The notes under the pieces are model-generated. The model was not told the DNA's origin. It did no database searches and was given only the letters and a program-made list of their open reading frames with translations. Shown piece after piece: positions 39,866-52,209 of a stretch of 64,000 nucleotides of DNA. Source of the DNA: Tortispora ganteri (lineage: Eukaryota); assembly GCA_003707115.1 (NCBI GenBank), contig PPNB01000009.1, forward strand, positions 186,001-250,000. Reading direction: 5' to 3'. Each line of letters starts with the position of its first letter. Position 1 is the first letter of the stretch. The position numbers and the translations under genes are program-made.

Positions 39866-41497
39866 ATGTCAATTGTCCCGTACTCTAGTCGCGATAATTG
39901 GCGTGTTATTTTGAGACGCCCAGAAACAGGTGATCTGGTAGTGTACGATGATCACAGTGGAGATATTACTCACTTCAAACTGCGGGACTTAAATGCTGAC
40001 TATCGACCAGGAACAAATATTTGCCCCCTTTGTGGCAATGTAAATCGTTCTGAATATACCTCTGCTGTAGATGATTCTGGTGATATTTCTGATGATGTTT
40101 CAACTCCTTTGTTCCATTCAGACTATTTCCGACTTCTCCAAGATTCCTCTTTCGCCTCTTCGAAATCTCATATATCCGATGATGCCTTCACTCCAGGTTA
40201 CTTCGAAAGATTCTTTAAGATCAATTGTGAGCTAGGAAGAGGAAGTCGTGGTGCTGTATATCTAGTTGAACATTTGCTCGATGGTGTCTCTTTAGGCGAG
40301 TTTGCCTGCAAGAGAATTCCGGTTGGTAATGATCACCAGTGGCTCCAGAAGGTTCTCAGAGAAGTCCAACTTCTTCAAATCTTTGATTTCAACATTGTCC
40401 ATTACAATCATGTATGGCTTGAAGAGGCCCAAATTAATAACTTTGGACCAAGAGTCGCTTGTGTATTCATACTACAAGAATATTGTAATGCCGGCACTTT
40501 GGAAAGCTATATCTTACAGCATTCCAATTTACCAGTACCTCTAATATTATCGTATGCTCGCGATATCGCATCTGGAATTAACTCCTTGCACGCAAACAAA
40601 ATAATCCACTGTGATTTAAAACCTTCTAATTGCCTGTTGCGCCTAAAACCTGGTGAAGTCATTCCTCAAGCTTTGGTCTCAGATTTCGGTGAAGGACTGC
40701 TTTTTGGACAGAAAAGAAATTCAACAGGCGCTACTGGGACACTTGCATATTTGGCTCCAGAACTTTTGAAAGAAGATATTCATACTGGCTCTCTAAATCA
40801 ATTCAGTTATGCTAGCGACGTTTACGCCCTAGGGCTTATTTGTTACTACTTGTGCTTTAGGACGCTGCCTTATTCTGAAGACGAAGACACTAATTTTGAC
40901 GGTCTCAAGAATGAGATTTTGACAATCGAACGTATCTTAATTGACCGAAATGTTCGTCCTGATATACCAGCTCAATTCCTTGATATAGTGGAAGAAATGC
41001 TCGCAATAGATCCTGATACTAGACCTACTGCTGAAACAGTGCTACAGAAAATAGAAGCCCTACTTCCAAATCACATGGCTAGACGCCGGCTTTCCTCTAC
41101 TACGTCTAATGTTGCGTTTACATCTAGTGGCTTATCAATGCATGATGAGAAGGAACTACCGAGAAATTTTACATCGACCAAACTACCCTCTATCAAAGCC
41201 CTTCCGTCCACAGAGATTAGGCCTTCTCGCCTCACTATGTTCATTAACTTGCTACCGCAGTCAAATATTTGGGTTTCTGTTAGTATTATACTGAAACTGT
41301 TATTGATATGTTTTGCATGCTCTCCAGTCGCAATGCGTCCTTCATATGCGACGCTTTTGCTTGCCCTCGGGGGTCTTGAATATTACTCATTTAATGTGTT
41401 CGTTAGTCTAGCGAATAATGCTTTATTAGCACTTATAGTGCTTTGGGATACATATTATGGAAACCATATGTGTATATTATACGGGAACCCTATATGA
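39866..41497 (+). CDS. IKS1: Iks1-family protein kinase
   Basis: MSIVPY N-terminus, CPLC, DYFRLL, GYFERFF...LGRGSRGAVY, FACKRIPVGND, HCDLKPSN, SDFGE; hydrophobic C-terminus. Confidence 0.9.
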   Translation: MSIVPYSSRDNWRVILRRPETGDLVVYDDHSGDITHFKLRDLNADYRPGTNICPLCGNVNRSEYTSAVDDSGDISDDVSTPLFHSDYFRLLQDSSFASSKSHISDDAFTPGYFERFFKINCELGRGSRGAVYLVEHLLDGVSLGEFACKRIPVGNDHQWLQKVLREVQLLQIFDFNIVHYNHVWLEEAQINNFGPRVACVFILQEYCNAGTLESYILQHSNLPVPLILSYARDIASGINSLHANKIIHCDLKPSNCLLRLKPGEVIPQALVSDFGEGLLFGQKRNSTGATGTLAYLAPELLKEDIHTGSLNQFSYASDVYALGLICYYLCFRTLPYSEDEDTNFDGLKNEILTIERILIDRNVRPDIPAQFLDIVEEMLAIDPDTRPTAETVLQKIEALLPNHMARRRLSSTTSNVAFTSSGLSMHDEKELPRNFTSTKLPSIKALPSTEIRPSRLTMFINLLPQSNIWVSVSIILKLLLICFACSPVAMRPSYATLLLALGGLEYYSFNVFVSLANNALLALIVLWDTYYGNHMCILYGNPI

Positions 41498-41712
41498 TTT
41501 ATAGTTGCATCAATATTACTAATGATAGAAGAAAAAGAAACACGAGTAAAAATAAACCCCGAAATGACGAGTCTATTGAAAAGAAGCCGAATGATGTGAA
41601 CGTCCAATAATAGGCTATGATAGACGATAGATGAAGAAAAGTACATGACACAGCAGAGGTAGACCAAGTAATCAATGTGAGCACCGAAGAGAGTTAATGT
41701 ATGTCGCGGAAT

Positions 41713-42327
41713 TCAGCAATTGCACGCACCAGATCCACTAGATGGTGATGGTTTGCTCAAATCTACACCTTTAGGTAAAGGACGATGACGACTAGCAGCT
41801 GCATCGATAGGAAGTTTCTTGGCAATACTTGTGAAAAGTTCAAGGACATTCTCCCCTGATTTGGCAGAAGTTTCGTAAAAGAGAAGGCCAGCCTCATCAG
41901 CATATGACTGAGCTACAGAAGTATCAACTTCTCGATCAGATTCGAGATCCAGTTTATTTCCAGCAAGCGCAATAACTATGCTCTCGTTTGCCTGACGTTG
42001 TAGTTCTTTGACCCACGCTTTAGCACGATCGAGTGAGGCGGCTTGGGTGATATCATAAACTACCACAGCGCAATTTGCATTACGGTAATACATTGGCGCT
42101 AAACTTTTGTATCTCTCTTGTCCTGCAGTATCCCATATTTCAAACTTCACAGTGGTGTTCTCGTCAACATTAACAGTCTGAGTTAAAAATGCAGCTCCGA
42201 TGGTGGATTCTCTATATTCATCAAATGAGTCTTTCACAAATCGATGTACTAAAGATGACTTGCCGACGGCAGATTCGCCTAAGAGTACCAGTTTGAACTG
42301 CGCATAACGAGTAGAAGGTGTTGTCAT
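41713..42327 (-). CDS. YPT52: Rab5-family GTPase
   Basis: [56 protein letters not shown]-terminal CNC. Confidence 0.88.
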   Translation of the reverse strand: MTTPSTRYAQFKLVLLGESAVGKSSLVHRFVKDSFDEYRESTIGAAFLTQTVNVDENTTVKFEIWDTAGQERYKSLAPMYYRNANCAVVVYDITQAASLDRAKAWVKELQRQANESIVIALAGNKLDLESDREVDTSVAQSYADEAGLLFYETSAKSGENVLELFTSIAKKLPIDAAASRHRPLPKGVDLSKPSPSSGSGACNC

Positions 42328-42649
42328 TGTGTACCTTATATTGTTTCTTGTGCAATACCAATAATGCTGTAAAATCTACGGGCCTAAATTTGGGGCGCAA
42401 TTAGTTCCTTCTTAGTTGGCGGGAGTGAGAGGTTTGGGCGAAAGGCTGGTAAATGGGGATTATTACGTTACCACGGGCCATAAAATTGAGTTTCAATTAT
42501 CAGTATAAATGTTACTATTAAAAAGTATTTCAGTTACTCTTCTAATTGTAATACAAAACTCTAACAGCCTTTCTGCCACATGAGATTGCTCGCCCCCACT
42601 CATTTACTGATAACACAGTAGATGCCTTGTTGCTTTTACGCGTTTCAGA

Positions 42650-43915
42650 ATGACCTTATCTGAACACAGTCTGTCTCAGATTCAATTGATCCCTAAAGAA
42701 GGCATTGCGGGTATAAAACTATTTCAATCTGCCTATAGTGTTATCTCGCAATTGTACGAAAACGGCAGACTATCACAACCGGTTCAATTTGCCTATGATC
42801 CCGATAGTATAAACAATAATGTATTTGTTATTGAATTGCCTAAATTAGGTATCAGACTGCTTTGCAATGCTACTGATCAATTAATTCGTGCAATTGAAGT
42901 AATAGACTGGGGGAAATCATCTATCGTCCACAACTCCACTATAATAAATCGTCATCACACCGCGCCTACGTTTCGTCAGATATATAACCATATATTCGGT
43001 CCTACTTATCCTGGAATAATCGAACAATTGAGTGATAAGTCTATAGTTTTTACTTTATCATACCCTGGTATGTCCTTTCAGTTTCCTTGTTTTGATGTTA
43101 TTCAGTCCTCTCCAAAAGGAATCGATACTGATCCAATAGATGTGGTGCACATGCTATCCGCCAAAAGTGGCCCTAAGTGCTCCACTATGGCTATTCACCC
43201 TTATAAGACATGGAAAACATGTTGTGAAAACATATTTGCTAATAACCACTTCTCTGAGCCGCCTCATTTTGTCTCCCCGGACTCTGAGTTTTTATATGTG
43301 GAAATTCAAGCTCCCACTAAACGAGGCAGCCTAACTGGACTGGTATTCAAGTTTACTAATAAAGAGCTTATTATAACACTAGGAGAATCGCATGTTCTGG
43401 ATTTATTGCAGGGTTTAGGTCCACCTTCCTCATCATCACCTCCAAGTCCTTCTCCCATACGAGTGCGGACCTTTTCATCTCGTGATGATCCCGCTGTCTC
43501 TCAGAAAGGTGCTTTCTTTCTCAATTATCCTGCTCTTGGCGTGGATATATTAATTGGAGTTAATCAATTAGTCTCCAAAGTTCTTCTCCATGGAAATATC
43601 CCTGGATCGATAAATTTTATGAGGAATCATAGGTGCCGCTGGACGTGCCCATCTTATAATGTGTTCTCGGAATCTGATTTTGATGAATTTGTGGAAAAAA
43701 TGTCACTAAGTCCTTATTTCTCTGGTCCAATTCTTTTGAATAGGTCTGTGCTAGATAGTCCAGACAGCAATATTGAGATTATTGGTGAAGAATCTTCTCG
43801 TGATGACTTTCTTTCCAAATATGATTCTAGTCAGTTATACTCTTATCTCAATCTGATTTTTGAAGTCATATCCAATACACATATTGCATGTTTAACAATT
43901 GTTTTGCCTACTTGA
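42650..43915 (+). CDS. UPF0183 (PHAF1/C16orf70-like) protein
   Basis: GIRLL...DQLIRAIEV, PTFRQIY..FGPTYPG, LSYPGMSFQFP, FLNYPALGVDIL, KVLLHGNIPGSINF..RCRW. Confidence 0.85.
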   Translation: MTLSEHSLSQIQLIPKEGIAGIKLFQSAYSVISQLYENGRLSQPVQFAYDPDSINNNVFVIELPKLGIRLLCNATDQLIRAIEVIDWGKSSIVHNSTIINRHHTAPTFRQIYNHIFGPTYPGIIEQLSDKSIVFTLSYPGMSFQFPCFDVIQSSPKGIDTDPIDVVHMLSAKSGPKCSTMAIHPYKTWKTCCENIFANNHFSEPPHFVSPDSEFLYVEIQAPTKRGSLTGLVFKFTNKELIITLGESHVLDLLQGLGPPSSSSPPSPSPIRVRTFSSRDDPAVSQKGAFFLNYPALGVDILIGVNQLVSKVLLHGNIPGSINFMRNHRCRWTCPSYNVFSESDFDEFVEKMSLSPYFSGPILLNRSVLDSPDSNIEIIGEESSRDDFLSKYDSSQLYSYLNLIFEVISNTHIACLTIVLPT

Positions 43916-44004
43916 TTCTTCGGAAATCTAATGAATTTTAATTTTTGGGTCATATAACTAGCTCCTTTATTAATAATTATAATTAATATAATATGGTGGA
44001 TACC

Positions 44005-47000
44005 TTAAGTGTCCCCTTGGAACCAACAGTCAGGTACCATCAGAATATATCGCTCCATAGCTTCTCTGAACCTATTCTTGTATTGTCGTGGAGTTACAAC
44101 AGTTGGTTCCTTGTTACTGCCTCCGACCAATCCACGTTCCTTCACCCAGCTTTCAAGCTTCTTATCCCAGGTGTAAGTTCTTAGGCAATCTATAATACCT
44201 ACCATAAGTTCTCCTCGTTCTTCACTGATAGCAACCACTAAGGAGTAGTCCATAACGTTCATTTTCGCTAGAAATAAGGTGTCGTTCCAAAGTGACGTTC
44301 TCAAGTATTTCTTGGCTTGTTCGCGAATAAACAGCGGGGATTCGTAGATATATTCCACCATATTTTCATCCATCAAAACCTCATTGGCCTTGCCCGTTTG
44401 TTGAACATGCCTATTTCTCATAGATCCTTTCAAATCAAAGTATCTATCAGCCGGCCTGTCATACCATAGATTTTCTAAAACCAGAACATCCAGCTTAGAA
44501 ACTTTTCCAGTGACCGAATTTCGTATTTGTATCTGATAAAATCCAAGAATTTTTGAGATCACAGTTGGCAAGTCATGGAAATATGCTTGAGCCATGTAAT
44601 CAAAATAAGAAGGAGCAAAGTTCAGAAAGGAGTCAAGTTCAACCTGAGACAGTTGCTTGATGATAAACCTATCATCCAGAGTTTTCAAAAATGATGATCC
44701 CGATTTTCCCCCTGAACTTTCCCACTTAGCGCATCGGGATAATGATTGTACAAAGCTTCGACGATCACATCCGCATATACTTCTAAATGCATCAAACTGT
44801 TCTGCATAAAAAATTCGGCAAGATAGCTTAGCTGAGCCTTCTTCAAAATAATATTTTAAGTGAGTTCCTGTCTCTTTTAATAGAGCGCCTTTTAGAACAG
44901 CAAAATAATCTTGAACTTCATCGGGTGATGCACGTTGAAGTTTTTCCTTGGGCCAATACATGTCTTGAACCTTCGAATTATAGTCTTCGGAAGCTATGCA
45001 AAATGCTATTAGAGATGTTGGCTCTTCCTCTCGAACAATAACTTCCGAATCCATAAAAACGTGGTCTGATATATTGAGAGGATAGTATAGACTTTTCCAG
45101 CCGCTTGCTGATCTATCAGCCCAGAAGCTTGCTAGAGTCTTCATGATTGATGTCCGTTCAGCCGATGTCGTATTCTCAGTCTGTTCAGCCGCTTCCTGTA
45201 CGGCTCGAGATACTCTATCACCGTCAACTGGTTGAGGAATGATACTACCTGCGCTATGATGCTTTCTTGAAGTATCATCAGTATCAAACAATTCACTGCC
45301 TTCATCCATGGCTTCTTCAGCATTCTCAAACACTTGAACAATCGGCCTAGTCTTTTGAATAGGGATTACCTTGCTCCTCCTATCCGCCATTATTATTCTT
45401 TCCATTTTCCTTCTTCTTTCAAACTCTTCGGATATTTGATCAAAATGTTTAGTCAAAGAGCTCACTTTGCTAGACCGTATTTTCTTTGATGATGAAGTTC
45501 CAGATTGCTCGGTTTTGCCGTTTTTCAAATCAAACGCTGCTATAGAACTAGAAGGCTTAATAGCAGAAGATACTTGACTATCCAACGATCGATTAACAGC
45601 ATGATACGTGCCTGGTGCAAACGGACTTACTGAAGTTGATCTATTCTGATCTGTACGTGCAACTGGCATATCATTCGACCCATCAAAATGTCGAGCAAGG
45701 CGTTGCACTGTGTGAGGTTCAGCATTTCCGGTATTTGATTTCTCTGAAATCGATAAATGAGGTGCCGATTCTGTTCGCACAGGGCCGGCCGGTCTAATCA
45801 TATGGTCTTTAGGGTTATGAACCCGTTCATTAGCCACTTGTTGAATGCTTTCATCTTTTTCATTGAAATCATTAGGACATTTGCTATCCTTAGAAACATC
45901 TTCTGAATTAGAAGTATTAGCATCTTTATCAGTGAATAACTTTTTAAGTTGCTGCGCAGTGATTCTAGCAATATCCTTATCTGAGGGCAGAAAGAGATTC
46001 TCGAAATCCGAAAATTCAGTGTCCCAGATAACGACTTTCTCTTGTAGTACTTTGAGAACATAATTCAAAGAAAGATAATCACATTCGTTACTTTCATCAA
46101 AAGTAGACTGCAACAGAGCAAACATTTCCTCCGATTCTGCGTTGCAACGAGAGACATAATTATCGAGGGCAACCTGAGCTTCGTTTACCTTTTCTGACGG
46201 CAGAGAAGTCACCTTAATATCATTCAAACGTTGCAAGCAGCTAGCATAGTAGTTCTTTATTCGTTCACGGATCTCTATGGCAGAAGATACTTTTATTGAA
46301 GAGTTTGTTTCCACTTTCCAGCGAATTTGAAGCCTTGGAATGACTAGATCAAGCAAATCTATGTGATTGTAGTTGACAGTTACACGGCAGCCTTTGTACT
46401 GAAAGTATCTCTCATGGTCTTTGAAAATATTGTGATGGCAGGTCGTTCCACGAGGTGTAACCTCTGGAGCCCAAAATGAAAGCTCGAGATATTTGCCGAA
46501 TGAATACTTCCAAGTATACTGAGACATCAAAGATGGAGGAGTGGTGATCCCACAGACTTTGCATTTGCTCCACATCAATATTTTGTGATCCAGCCCTGGA
46601 AACAAGCATTCCTTAGGTGCAACGTCAATTTGAACACGGCCGTTACCATTGACATATGATCTGAGGTGTTTATGTAACGGTAAACTGCAGCCCTCAGAAC
46701 AGATAGAAAACGCTGTAGTACATATGTACTCAACATATTGACCTAAACAAATATCTGTTGATCGATAAAAATCAAGTTGAAGCATGTCAGGACCCAAACA
46801 AGGAGTGGAAGTAATGAAGTTCACAAGTGAGTAGAGAATGGTGATGCTTTGTCTAGCAAAAATATCAAGAAGGTTCGGCGACTGACTGAAGTTATGCTCC
46901 CATATTTTCTTCCTTAGAGATTCCTGATTAAGCATAGCTTCACGGGCTTCATTGACTGTGGCTATGCGAAACTTTGCCATGAACTTCTCGTTTACAATTC

Positions 47001-49023
47001 CACCAACTTTGGAAGAGAACGAACTTATTGCTGAAAACTGGGACTCTTGATCGGACTCCGTGATCGAATTTCTTACTACAGCAGCGTCAGCTTCACGAGC
47101 TCGCTTAAGTTGGAACGGAATAGGGAAACTAACTGATGGTGAAATGGATATAATTCTAGTCAGAACTATATCTATAAACTCATCAAAGTAATCTGTACCT
47201 GTAACAATGTCTGTCCACTTTTGATGATACTTGAACCAATCAAACTCATGTGGCATAGTTGCGAAAGAATCTAGAAAGTAACTAAACTCCAGCTTTAAAT
47301 GAAACGCCACATACAACATAAAGTCTGTAACAGCTTTAATATGAGCTAAAACTTCAGCACTTTCACCGCGAAGTACAATGGTACCACCTTGTTCAGCTTC
47401 GTTACCTCTAAATAAGCAATAAGATTTTTTAATATCTCCCTGCAAATAAGTATGGACACTAAATTCTTCACATTGTCCTAGTTTGCAAGGTACCGAGAGC
47501 CTGTCAAGTGATGTTATAACATCACATCCAAGATATCTGGCGGAAAATTCTATAACTGAATCCTTGACATTATGAATAACAGTAACGCCCGATTGCTGAA
47601 ATCTTTTGAGAGCCATTCCACATACTGTTTTGGAAACAACAATAACATTTGCCCCCAATGCTAGAACTCTGTCAACAAGTAACTCTATGTATGCATCTTC
47701 TTGTTTAGGATCTAAACTCAAGATAGTGGTAGCCGTGCCCTTGGTATATTCTATTGGAAATGTTATGAGTGCAATAGTTGGACGAGTAATAGAACGGTTC
47801 ATTGTTTTCATGGCCACATTCTTGCTGAATACTATACCAGGAAAGAAACGAGTATGAGCTGGCGAGCCGCCAGATACCCTTTTAATTTTGATATAATTTC
47901 TGACATCTAGATCATTACCAGATACAATGAAAGGGCTGAGACGAAGCACTGCAGCAAACACACTGCTTGTAAGAGGAATTTTCCAAGACTGAACGTCTGC
48001 AATTCTAGCAAATGAGAGTAACTGTAATAGAAGGGCATCAAAGAAATTCTTAGAAAATAGATCACATAGAGCAAACGGTTTTGAAGTTTCAGATAATTTG
48101 TGAGATACAGATTTTCCGGGTGAGTTTATCTTGTCTGCTTCTTCTATTAAAGAGGTTGATATTTCCACTGGATATCTATGAGATGGTTGTTTTAGGCCAA
48201 GAAGCTGAGGCCTGGAAACTGATGAGAGTTGACCGCTGTGTAAACTTCTTCTTCGTTGTTTCAATTCCTTTGGTGCCTCAAATGAGCGAACAGTTTGAGA
48301 ACGATTTCTTGTAGTATGCTGGATAGGAAGAGTGAGTGAAGAAAGAGGTCTGGTAGATGAAGGAGACTGTGAAGTTACGGAAGAGGATTGAGTTGCATTA
48401 GGGATGGCAAATAATTGCCGAATTGTGGAAGATGTTAAATCATAAATCTGCTGCTGACTATGGCCTTCAGGTTTCCCGGTAGAGCGCATTCCTTGAGAAA
48501 GTTGGTCATCATCAGCATCAGAGTATATAGGTTCAAGATCATCGTCCTGAGGTAATGCAAGAAATGGAACAGATACTGATTGACTATTTAAAGAATACCG
48601 AGTTCTTTGAGCAGGTGGCATAGGAGATGAATCTCTTGACAATGAATCCTGTTGATTAGATGTAATAAGAGAAGGTTGATTAACAGAGTTATTAAAAGAG
48701 ACGAACTTATCGTCTATATCAGAAGTAGATTCTTCAGCAGATTCTTCATCATCTATATCGCTAGAATCTGAGTCTAATGTATATTTGTCTACCATTCTAG
48801 CGCAAGATTTACATGCACGTAGAAATCCAGATGTACCTAATCGTTCACCTGAGACATGGATAGTACAGGAATTGCAGAATATTTGTCCACAAATCCTACA
48901 GTGATGGCGTCGACGCCAAGCGTTGAAAGGTCGGGAGCATATAAAGCAGCTACTTGCATTCTCATCTTTCATCCAAAAAGCACGACTTAACTGCCTGCGT
49001 GATACTACAGGCGGTGGAGTCAT
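44005..49023 (-). CDS. FAB1: PI3P 5-kinase
   Basis: ATG at 49023; FYVE (FWMKDE...[14 protein letters not shown]), CCT-like domain, [14 protein letters not shown] domain [24 protein letters not shown]. Confidence 0.97.
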   Translation of the reverse strand: MTPPPVVSRRQLSRAFWMKDENASSCFICSRPFNAWRRRHHCRICGQIFCNSCTIHVSGERLGTSGFLRACKSCARMVDKYTLDSDSSDIDDEESAEESTSDIDDKFVSFNNSVNQPSLITSNQQDSLSRDSSPMPPAQRTRYSLNSQSVSVPFLALPQDDDLEPIYSDADDDQLSQGMRSTGKPEGHSQQQIYDLTSSTIRQLFAIPNATQSSSVTSQSPSSTRPLSSLTLPIQHTTRNRSQTVRSFEAPKELKQRRRSLHSGQLSSVSRPQLLGLKQPSHRYPVEISTSLIEEADKINSPGKSVSHKLSETSKPFALCDLFSKNFFDALLLQLLSFARIADVQSWKIPLTSSVFAAVLRLSPFIVSGNDLDVRNYIKIKRVSGGSPAHTRFFPGIVFSKNVAMKTMNRSITRPTIALITFPIEYTKGTATTILSLDPKQEDAYIELLVDRVLALGANVIVVSKTVCGMALKRFQQSGVTVIHNVKDSVIEFSARYLGCDVITSLDRLSVPCKLGQCEEFSVHTYLQGDIKKSYCLFRGNEAEQGGTIVLRGESAEVLAHIKAVTDFMLYVAFHLKLEFSYFLDSFATMPHEFDWFKYHQKWTDIVTGTDYFDEFIDIVLTRIISISPSVSFPIPFQLKRAREADAAVVRNSITESDQESQFSAISSFSSKVGGIVNEKFMAKFRIATVNEAREAMLNQESLRKKIWEHNFSQSPNLLDIFARQSITILYSLVNFITSTPCLGPDMLQLDFYRSTDICLGQYVEYICTTAFSICSEGCSLPLHKHLRSYVNGNGRVQIDVAPKECLFPGLDHKILMWSKCKVCGITTPPSLMSQYTWKYSFGKYLELSFWAPEVTPRGTTCHHNIFKDHERYFQYKGCRVTVNYNHIDLLDLVIPRLQIRWKVETNSSIKVSSAIEIRERIKNYYASCLQRLNDIKVTSLPSEKVNEAQVALDNYVSRCNAESEEMFALLQSTFDESNECDYLSLNYVLKVLQEKVVIWDTEFSDFENLFLPSDKDIARITAQQLKKLFTDKDANTSNSEDVSKDSKCPNDFNEKDESIQQVANERVHNPKDHMIRPAGPVRTESAPHLSISEKSNTGNAEPHTVQRLARHFDGSNDMPVARTDQNRSTSVSPFAPGTYHAVNRSLDSQVSSAIKPSSSIAAFDLKNGKTEQSGTSSSKKIRSSKVSSLTKHFDQISEEFERRRKMERIIMADRRSKVIPIQKTRPIVQVFENAEEAMDEGSELFDTDDTSRKHHSAGSIIPQPVDGDRVSRAVQEAAEQTENTTSAERTSIMKTLASFWADRSASGWKSLYYPLNISDHVFMDSEVIVREEEPTSLIAFCIASEDYNSKVQDMYWPKEKLQRASPDEVQDYFAVLKGALLKETGTHLKYYFEEGSAKLSCRIFYAEQFDAFRSICGCDRRSFVQSLSRCAKWESSGGKSGSSFLKTLDDRFIIKQLSQVELDSFLNFAPSYFDYMAQAYFHDLPTVISKILGFYQIQIRNSVTGKVSKLDVLVLENLWYDRPADRYFDLKGSMRNRHVQQTGKANEVLMDENMVEYIYESPLFIREQAKKYLRTSLWNDTLFLAKMNVMDYSLVVAISEERGELMVGIIDCLRTYTWDKKLESWVKERGLVGGSNKEPTVVTPRQYKNRFREAMERYILMVPDCWFQGDT

Positions 49024-49509
49024 TTTGATTCCAATCAAAAAGGAATCAAATCGGTAGTCAATACAATGGGAACCTTCGACAAGAATGCAACAGAAAGTCG
49101 GGATCTGGTGTTGGGACTTGCCTAAATAATCCAATTATAAGGTTATAAGGTTTTCAAAAATGGATAGAATGAAGATCTGATACAAGACAAAAAAACACCA
49201 TAGTAATTATATAGCAATTCAATGACAAAATAATTATAGAAGCATATATAAGAAGACATATGACTTGAAATTGTAAATATGAAACAATAGTTTGGCGATT
49301 AATTATAGATGTATGTCGAGACAAAACAATTTGAATCTTTATCCGAACAGATTTTCGTTCAAAGAGTTTTACAAATGTCTAGAAAAATATCATTTTACCA
49401 CCTATTTGCATTTTTATTAATTAGATTATTTAGCTGTAGATATCATAATTATTATGTAGACTCTAATTTAGCCCATTGTATTTTTCTTCTATGATCGGCT
49501 TTCGAATAA

Positions 49510-49515
49510 CCGAGG
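49510..49515. promoter_or_regulatory. CCGAGG fatty-acid response element (FarA/Ctf1/Por1 type)
   Basis: CCGAGG about 100 bp upstream of the peroxisomal crotonase gene. Confidence 0.45.
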
Positions 49516-49611
49516 GGGTAAAACATAGGGTGGGGTAACAACAACCTGGCATCAAATATAAATAACAAGGAATAGACCAAATTAAGAAGTATACTTAGAG
49601 ATAGTACTAAT

Positions 49612-50385
49612 ATGATAAGACAAGTTATTAAATCGAAATCATTTGGAGTGGTTAAAGCGGAAATAAGAAAAGGATATGATATAATATTGATGAACAATGC
49701 CCCTGAGAACAGGCTTGAACCGGAATTATTTCAAGGGATACTAAATTCATTCACTTTTTTTGAAGAAGTTCATGGTGAGAACCAGAATTGTTACCCTCCA
49801 TTGATTACTACTTCTGAAATTGCTAAGTTTTTTTCTAATGGGCTAAATCTAGAAGTTATTGCAAAAGATCCAGTCAACTTTTTAAACAATTTAGCGTTCC
49901 CGGCAATGAAGCGCTATCTGGAGTATCCTGCTCCTACCATAGCCTATATTAATGGACATGCATATGCCGGGGGGTTTCTTTTAGCTGTGTGTAGCGATTA
50001 CGCTATAATGAACCCTAAGAAAGGGTTTATGTGCATGAATGAGATCATTTTTGGAGCGCCGCTTGAAGCGCCGTTTGCAACAGTACTTTTCGACAAGATT
50101 TCTGATCGTAAATTGATTCGAAGAATCATGCTTGAAGGTGAGAGGTTCACAGCTCAACAGGCTACTGATGCAGGTATAATTGATTTACCTGGAGAATTTG
50201 AGGATGCTGAAAAACTTGCCGAGAAACTCGGGAAGGCAGGAAAGCCAGCATACGGTTTGACGAAAAAAGCTATATACAAAGATTCAATTTACGCACTCAG
50301 TCATCCTCCTAACACAGTTGGCAAGAATTTGAATCTATTCGCACTTGTTGATCAGACTAAACCGAAGCCTAAAAACAAATTGTGA
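49612..50385 (+). CDS. Crotonase-family enoyl-CoA isomerase/hydratase, likely peroxisomal
   Basis: ENRL, KFFSNGLNL, PTIAYINGHAYAGG, CMNEI; C-terminal KPKPKNKL PTS1-like. Confidence 0.88.
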   Translation: MIRQVIKSKSFGVVKAEIRKGYDIILMNNAPENRLEPELFQGILNSFTFFEEVHGENQNCYPPLITTSEIAKFFSNGLNLEVIAKDPVNFLNNLAFPAMKRYLEYPAPTIAYINGHAYAGGFLLAVCSDYAIMNPKKGFMCMNEIIFGAPLEAPFATVLFDKISDRKLIRRIMLEGERFTAQQATDAGIIDLPGEFEDAEKLAEKLGKAGKPAYGLTKKAIYKDSIYALSHPPNTVGKNLNLFALVDQTKPKPKNKL

Positions 50386-50474
50386 ACATTATTTATCGTT
50401 TGGCTATTACAAGTTCAGGTCCCATTAGTATGTATACCAATTTTTCTGTTCATTAGTATTGATCAAGCCCATGC

Positions 50475-50942
50475 TTATTCTCCGAGAGCTGTATCAATGG
50501 TATTTAGACGGTTTTTAAACTGATCGACCATTTCGAGCAAAATAGTTATTTTGTCTAATTCAAGTTCCAATGCATCAAAGTCTTTCAGAACTTTGTTGGC
50601 CTTGTTCATTAGCGCCTGCGATTCTTCTACTAATATGGACACATTGTCATCCACCTCGACTGCATCTGCATGAGTGGATTCGCATATAGATTGTATTTTT
50701 AAGGATATAGAATCTAGAACGCGATTGAACTGCCTGCTTAAGAGCTGTATAGATGAAGGTTCAATGATATTAATAGTTCGCGGTTCGTGAATGACTACAG
50801 ACTCTAATGGAGAGGACCCCACTGATCCTGCAAATTGTTCGGAAAATAGAGATTGAGATGTTTCATGCGATTCATTTTGCTCATTGTTTGAAACTACTGA
50901 AAGAGTTTCTGCTCGTGATTGTTGTGAGACTTCATCTGTCAT
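50475..50942 (-). CDS. CNL1: BLOC-1 subunit Cnl1-like
   Basis: First ATG at 50942; acidic N-terminus then coiled coil ending FDALELELDKI...VDQFKNRLNTID. Confidence 0.65.
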   Translation of the reverse strand: MTDEVSQQSRAETLSVVSNNEQNESHETSQSLFSEQFAGSVGSSPLESVVIHEPRTINIIEPSSIQLLSRQFNRVLDSISLKIQSICESTHADAVEVDDNVSILVEESQALMNKANKVLKDFDALELELDKITILLEMVDQFKNRLNTIDTALGE

Positions 50943-50990
50943 TATCGAAGTGTGTAACAAGTAGCGCAAACAACCTTAAACTTCGACATA

Positions 50991-51470
50991 ATGACTCAAG
51001 ACTGGTCTTTGACTGAGGAAACGTCGCTGTTTAAAGCGATTTGTAAATGCAAACCAGCTGGAATTCATAAACATTTTCACATGATTAATATAATAAATGT
51101 GATAAAACACCACAAAAGTGCAGAGATATGGGAAAAGCTTAGGGATCTGTATAATTTAGATGCTATAGACAAAATCGAAGACGGTACATACCAGGATGAT
51201 CAAGAAGATGAATTGTTTAAAGAATTCAAGCTACCTTTAAATAATTACGATTTTATACAATTATTAGAACAATCAGCGACTAATCATGATGAACAAGAAC
51301 AAGATGATGACGAGGATGAGGAATCTGATGAATCTACTGAAGAAACGCCATCAACTCCGGCTAAGCGCCAAAGGACATCTAAAGCTGTGGATACTCCAAC
51401 GCCGTCACGTCGTGGAAGGAAACCGAAGGTCATCAAGAAAAGTAAAAGAGGCAGGAAAAAACAGTCTTAG
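50991..51470 (+). CDS. EAF7: NuA4/TINTIN subunit (CT20/MRGBP family)
   Basis: WSLTEETSLFKAICKCKPAGIHKHFHM, IWEKLRDLYNLDAID, EFKLP; acidic then basic tail. Confidence 0.92.
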   Translation: MTQDWSLTEETSLFKAICKCKPAGIHKHFHMINIINVIKHHKSAEIWEKLRDLYNLDAIDKIEDGTYQDDQEDELFKEFKLPLNNYDFIQLLEQSATNHDEQEQDDDEDEESDESTEETPSTPAKRQRTSKAVDTPTPSRRGRKPKVIKKSKRGRKKQS

Positions 51471-51631
51471 CTTTTACGTTAAATCGTTTGCGGCATGTAT
51501 CAGCATATTTTTACTAATGTATTACTAGTTTTTTTTATTTAATAAAAGCATGGGATGGCACTACGGTGTATGTCGAGGGGTAAAAACACCCCTCACCCAT
51601 AGATAGATAGATCGCTTAGAGACATCACAGT

Positions 51632-51970
51632 CTAAGCAGTCTTACCATTGATACCTAACAACTCTACTTCGAAAATTAAAGTAGCATTGGGGGGAATTAA
51701 TCCAGGATATCCCTGAGGACCGTATCCATAATCTCCAGTAATGGTAAGAAGAGCTTTTTCGCCAAGGGATAATTGAGGAACACCTTCATCCCAACCTCTA
51801 ATGACGGCTCCGGTACCAATGTTGGTTTCGAATGGACGAGAGCGATCGCGGGAACTATCAAACTTCTTGCCGTTTTCAAGAGTTCCTACATAATGAATTG
51901 TAACTTTGTCTCCTTTTTGAGGATATGTTTTACCATCGCCTGGCGCTAAACTTTGAACTGTTACACCCAT
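51632..51970 (-). CDS. FPR1: FKBP12 peptidyl-prolyl isomerase
   Basis: MGVT...[46 protein letters not shown]. Confidence 0.98.
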   Translation of the reverse strand: MGVTVQSLAPGDGKTYPQKGDKVTIHYVGTLENGKKFDSSRDRSRPFETNIGTGAVIRGWDEGVPQLSLGEKALLTITGDYGYGPQGYPGLIPPNATLIFEVELLGINGKTA

Positions 51971-52203
51971 GTTATAATTAAAGCAAAAAATGTGTGGCTA
52001 ATTGTCACTTGCTTGAACTCCAAATGGTTCCCGACTAAGGGATTTCTTCCAGGCCGAATCTTCTTAGTAACCATACATTTAAATAGCAGGGTAACTTTCC
52101 TTTAATAGTGTCTTTTTAACTTACATTTTTTACCCCGGACTTTCTTTCGGCATTATCACCTTTCTACCTGCAATATTAGCCAATGGCGTCTCTTGAGTAA
52201 TTG

Positions 52204-52209
52204 CCGAGG
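52204..52209. promoter_or_regulatory. CCGAGG fatty-acid response element upstream of CAT2
   Basis: CCGAGG about 210 bp upstream of the CAT2 ATG, followed by a TA-repeat TATA-like tract near 52269-52282. Confidence 0.5.
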
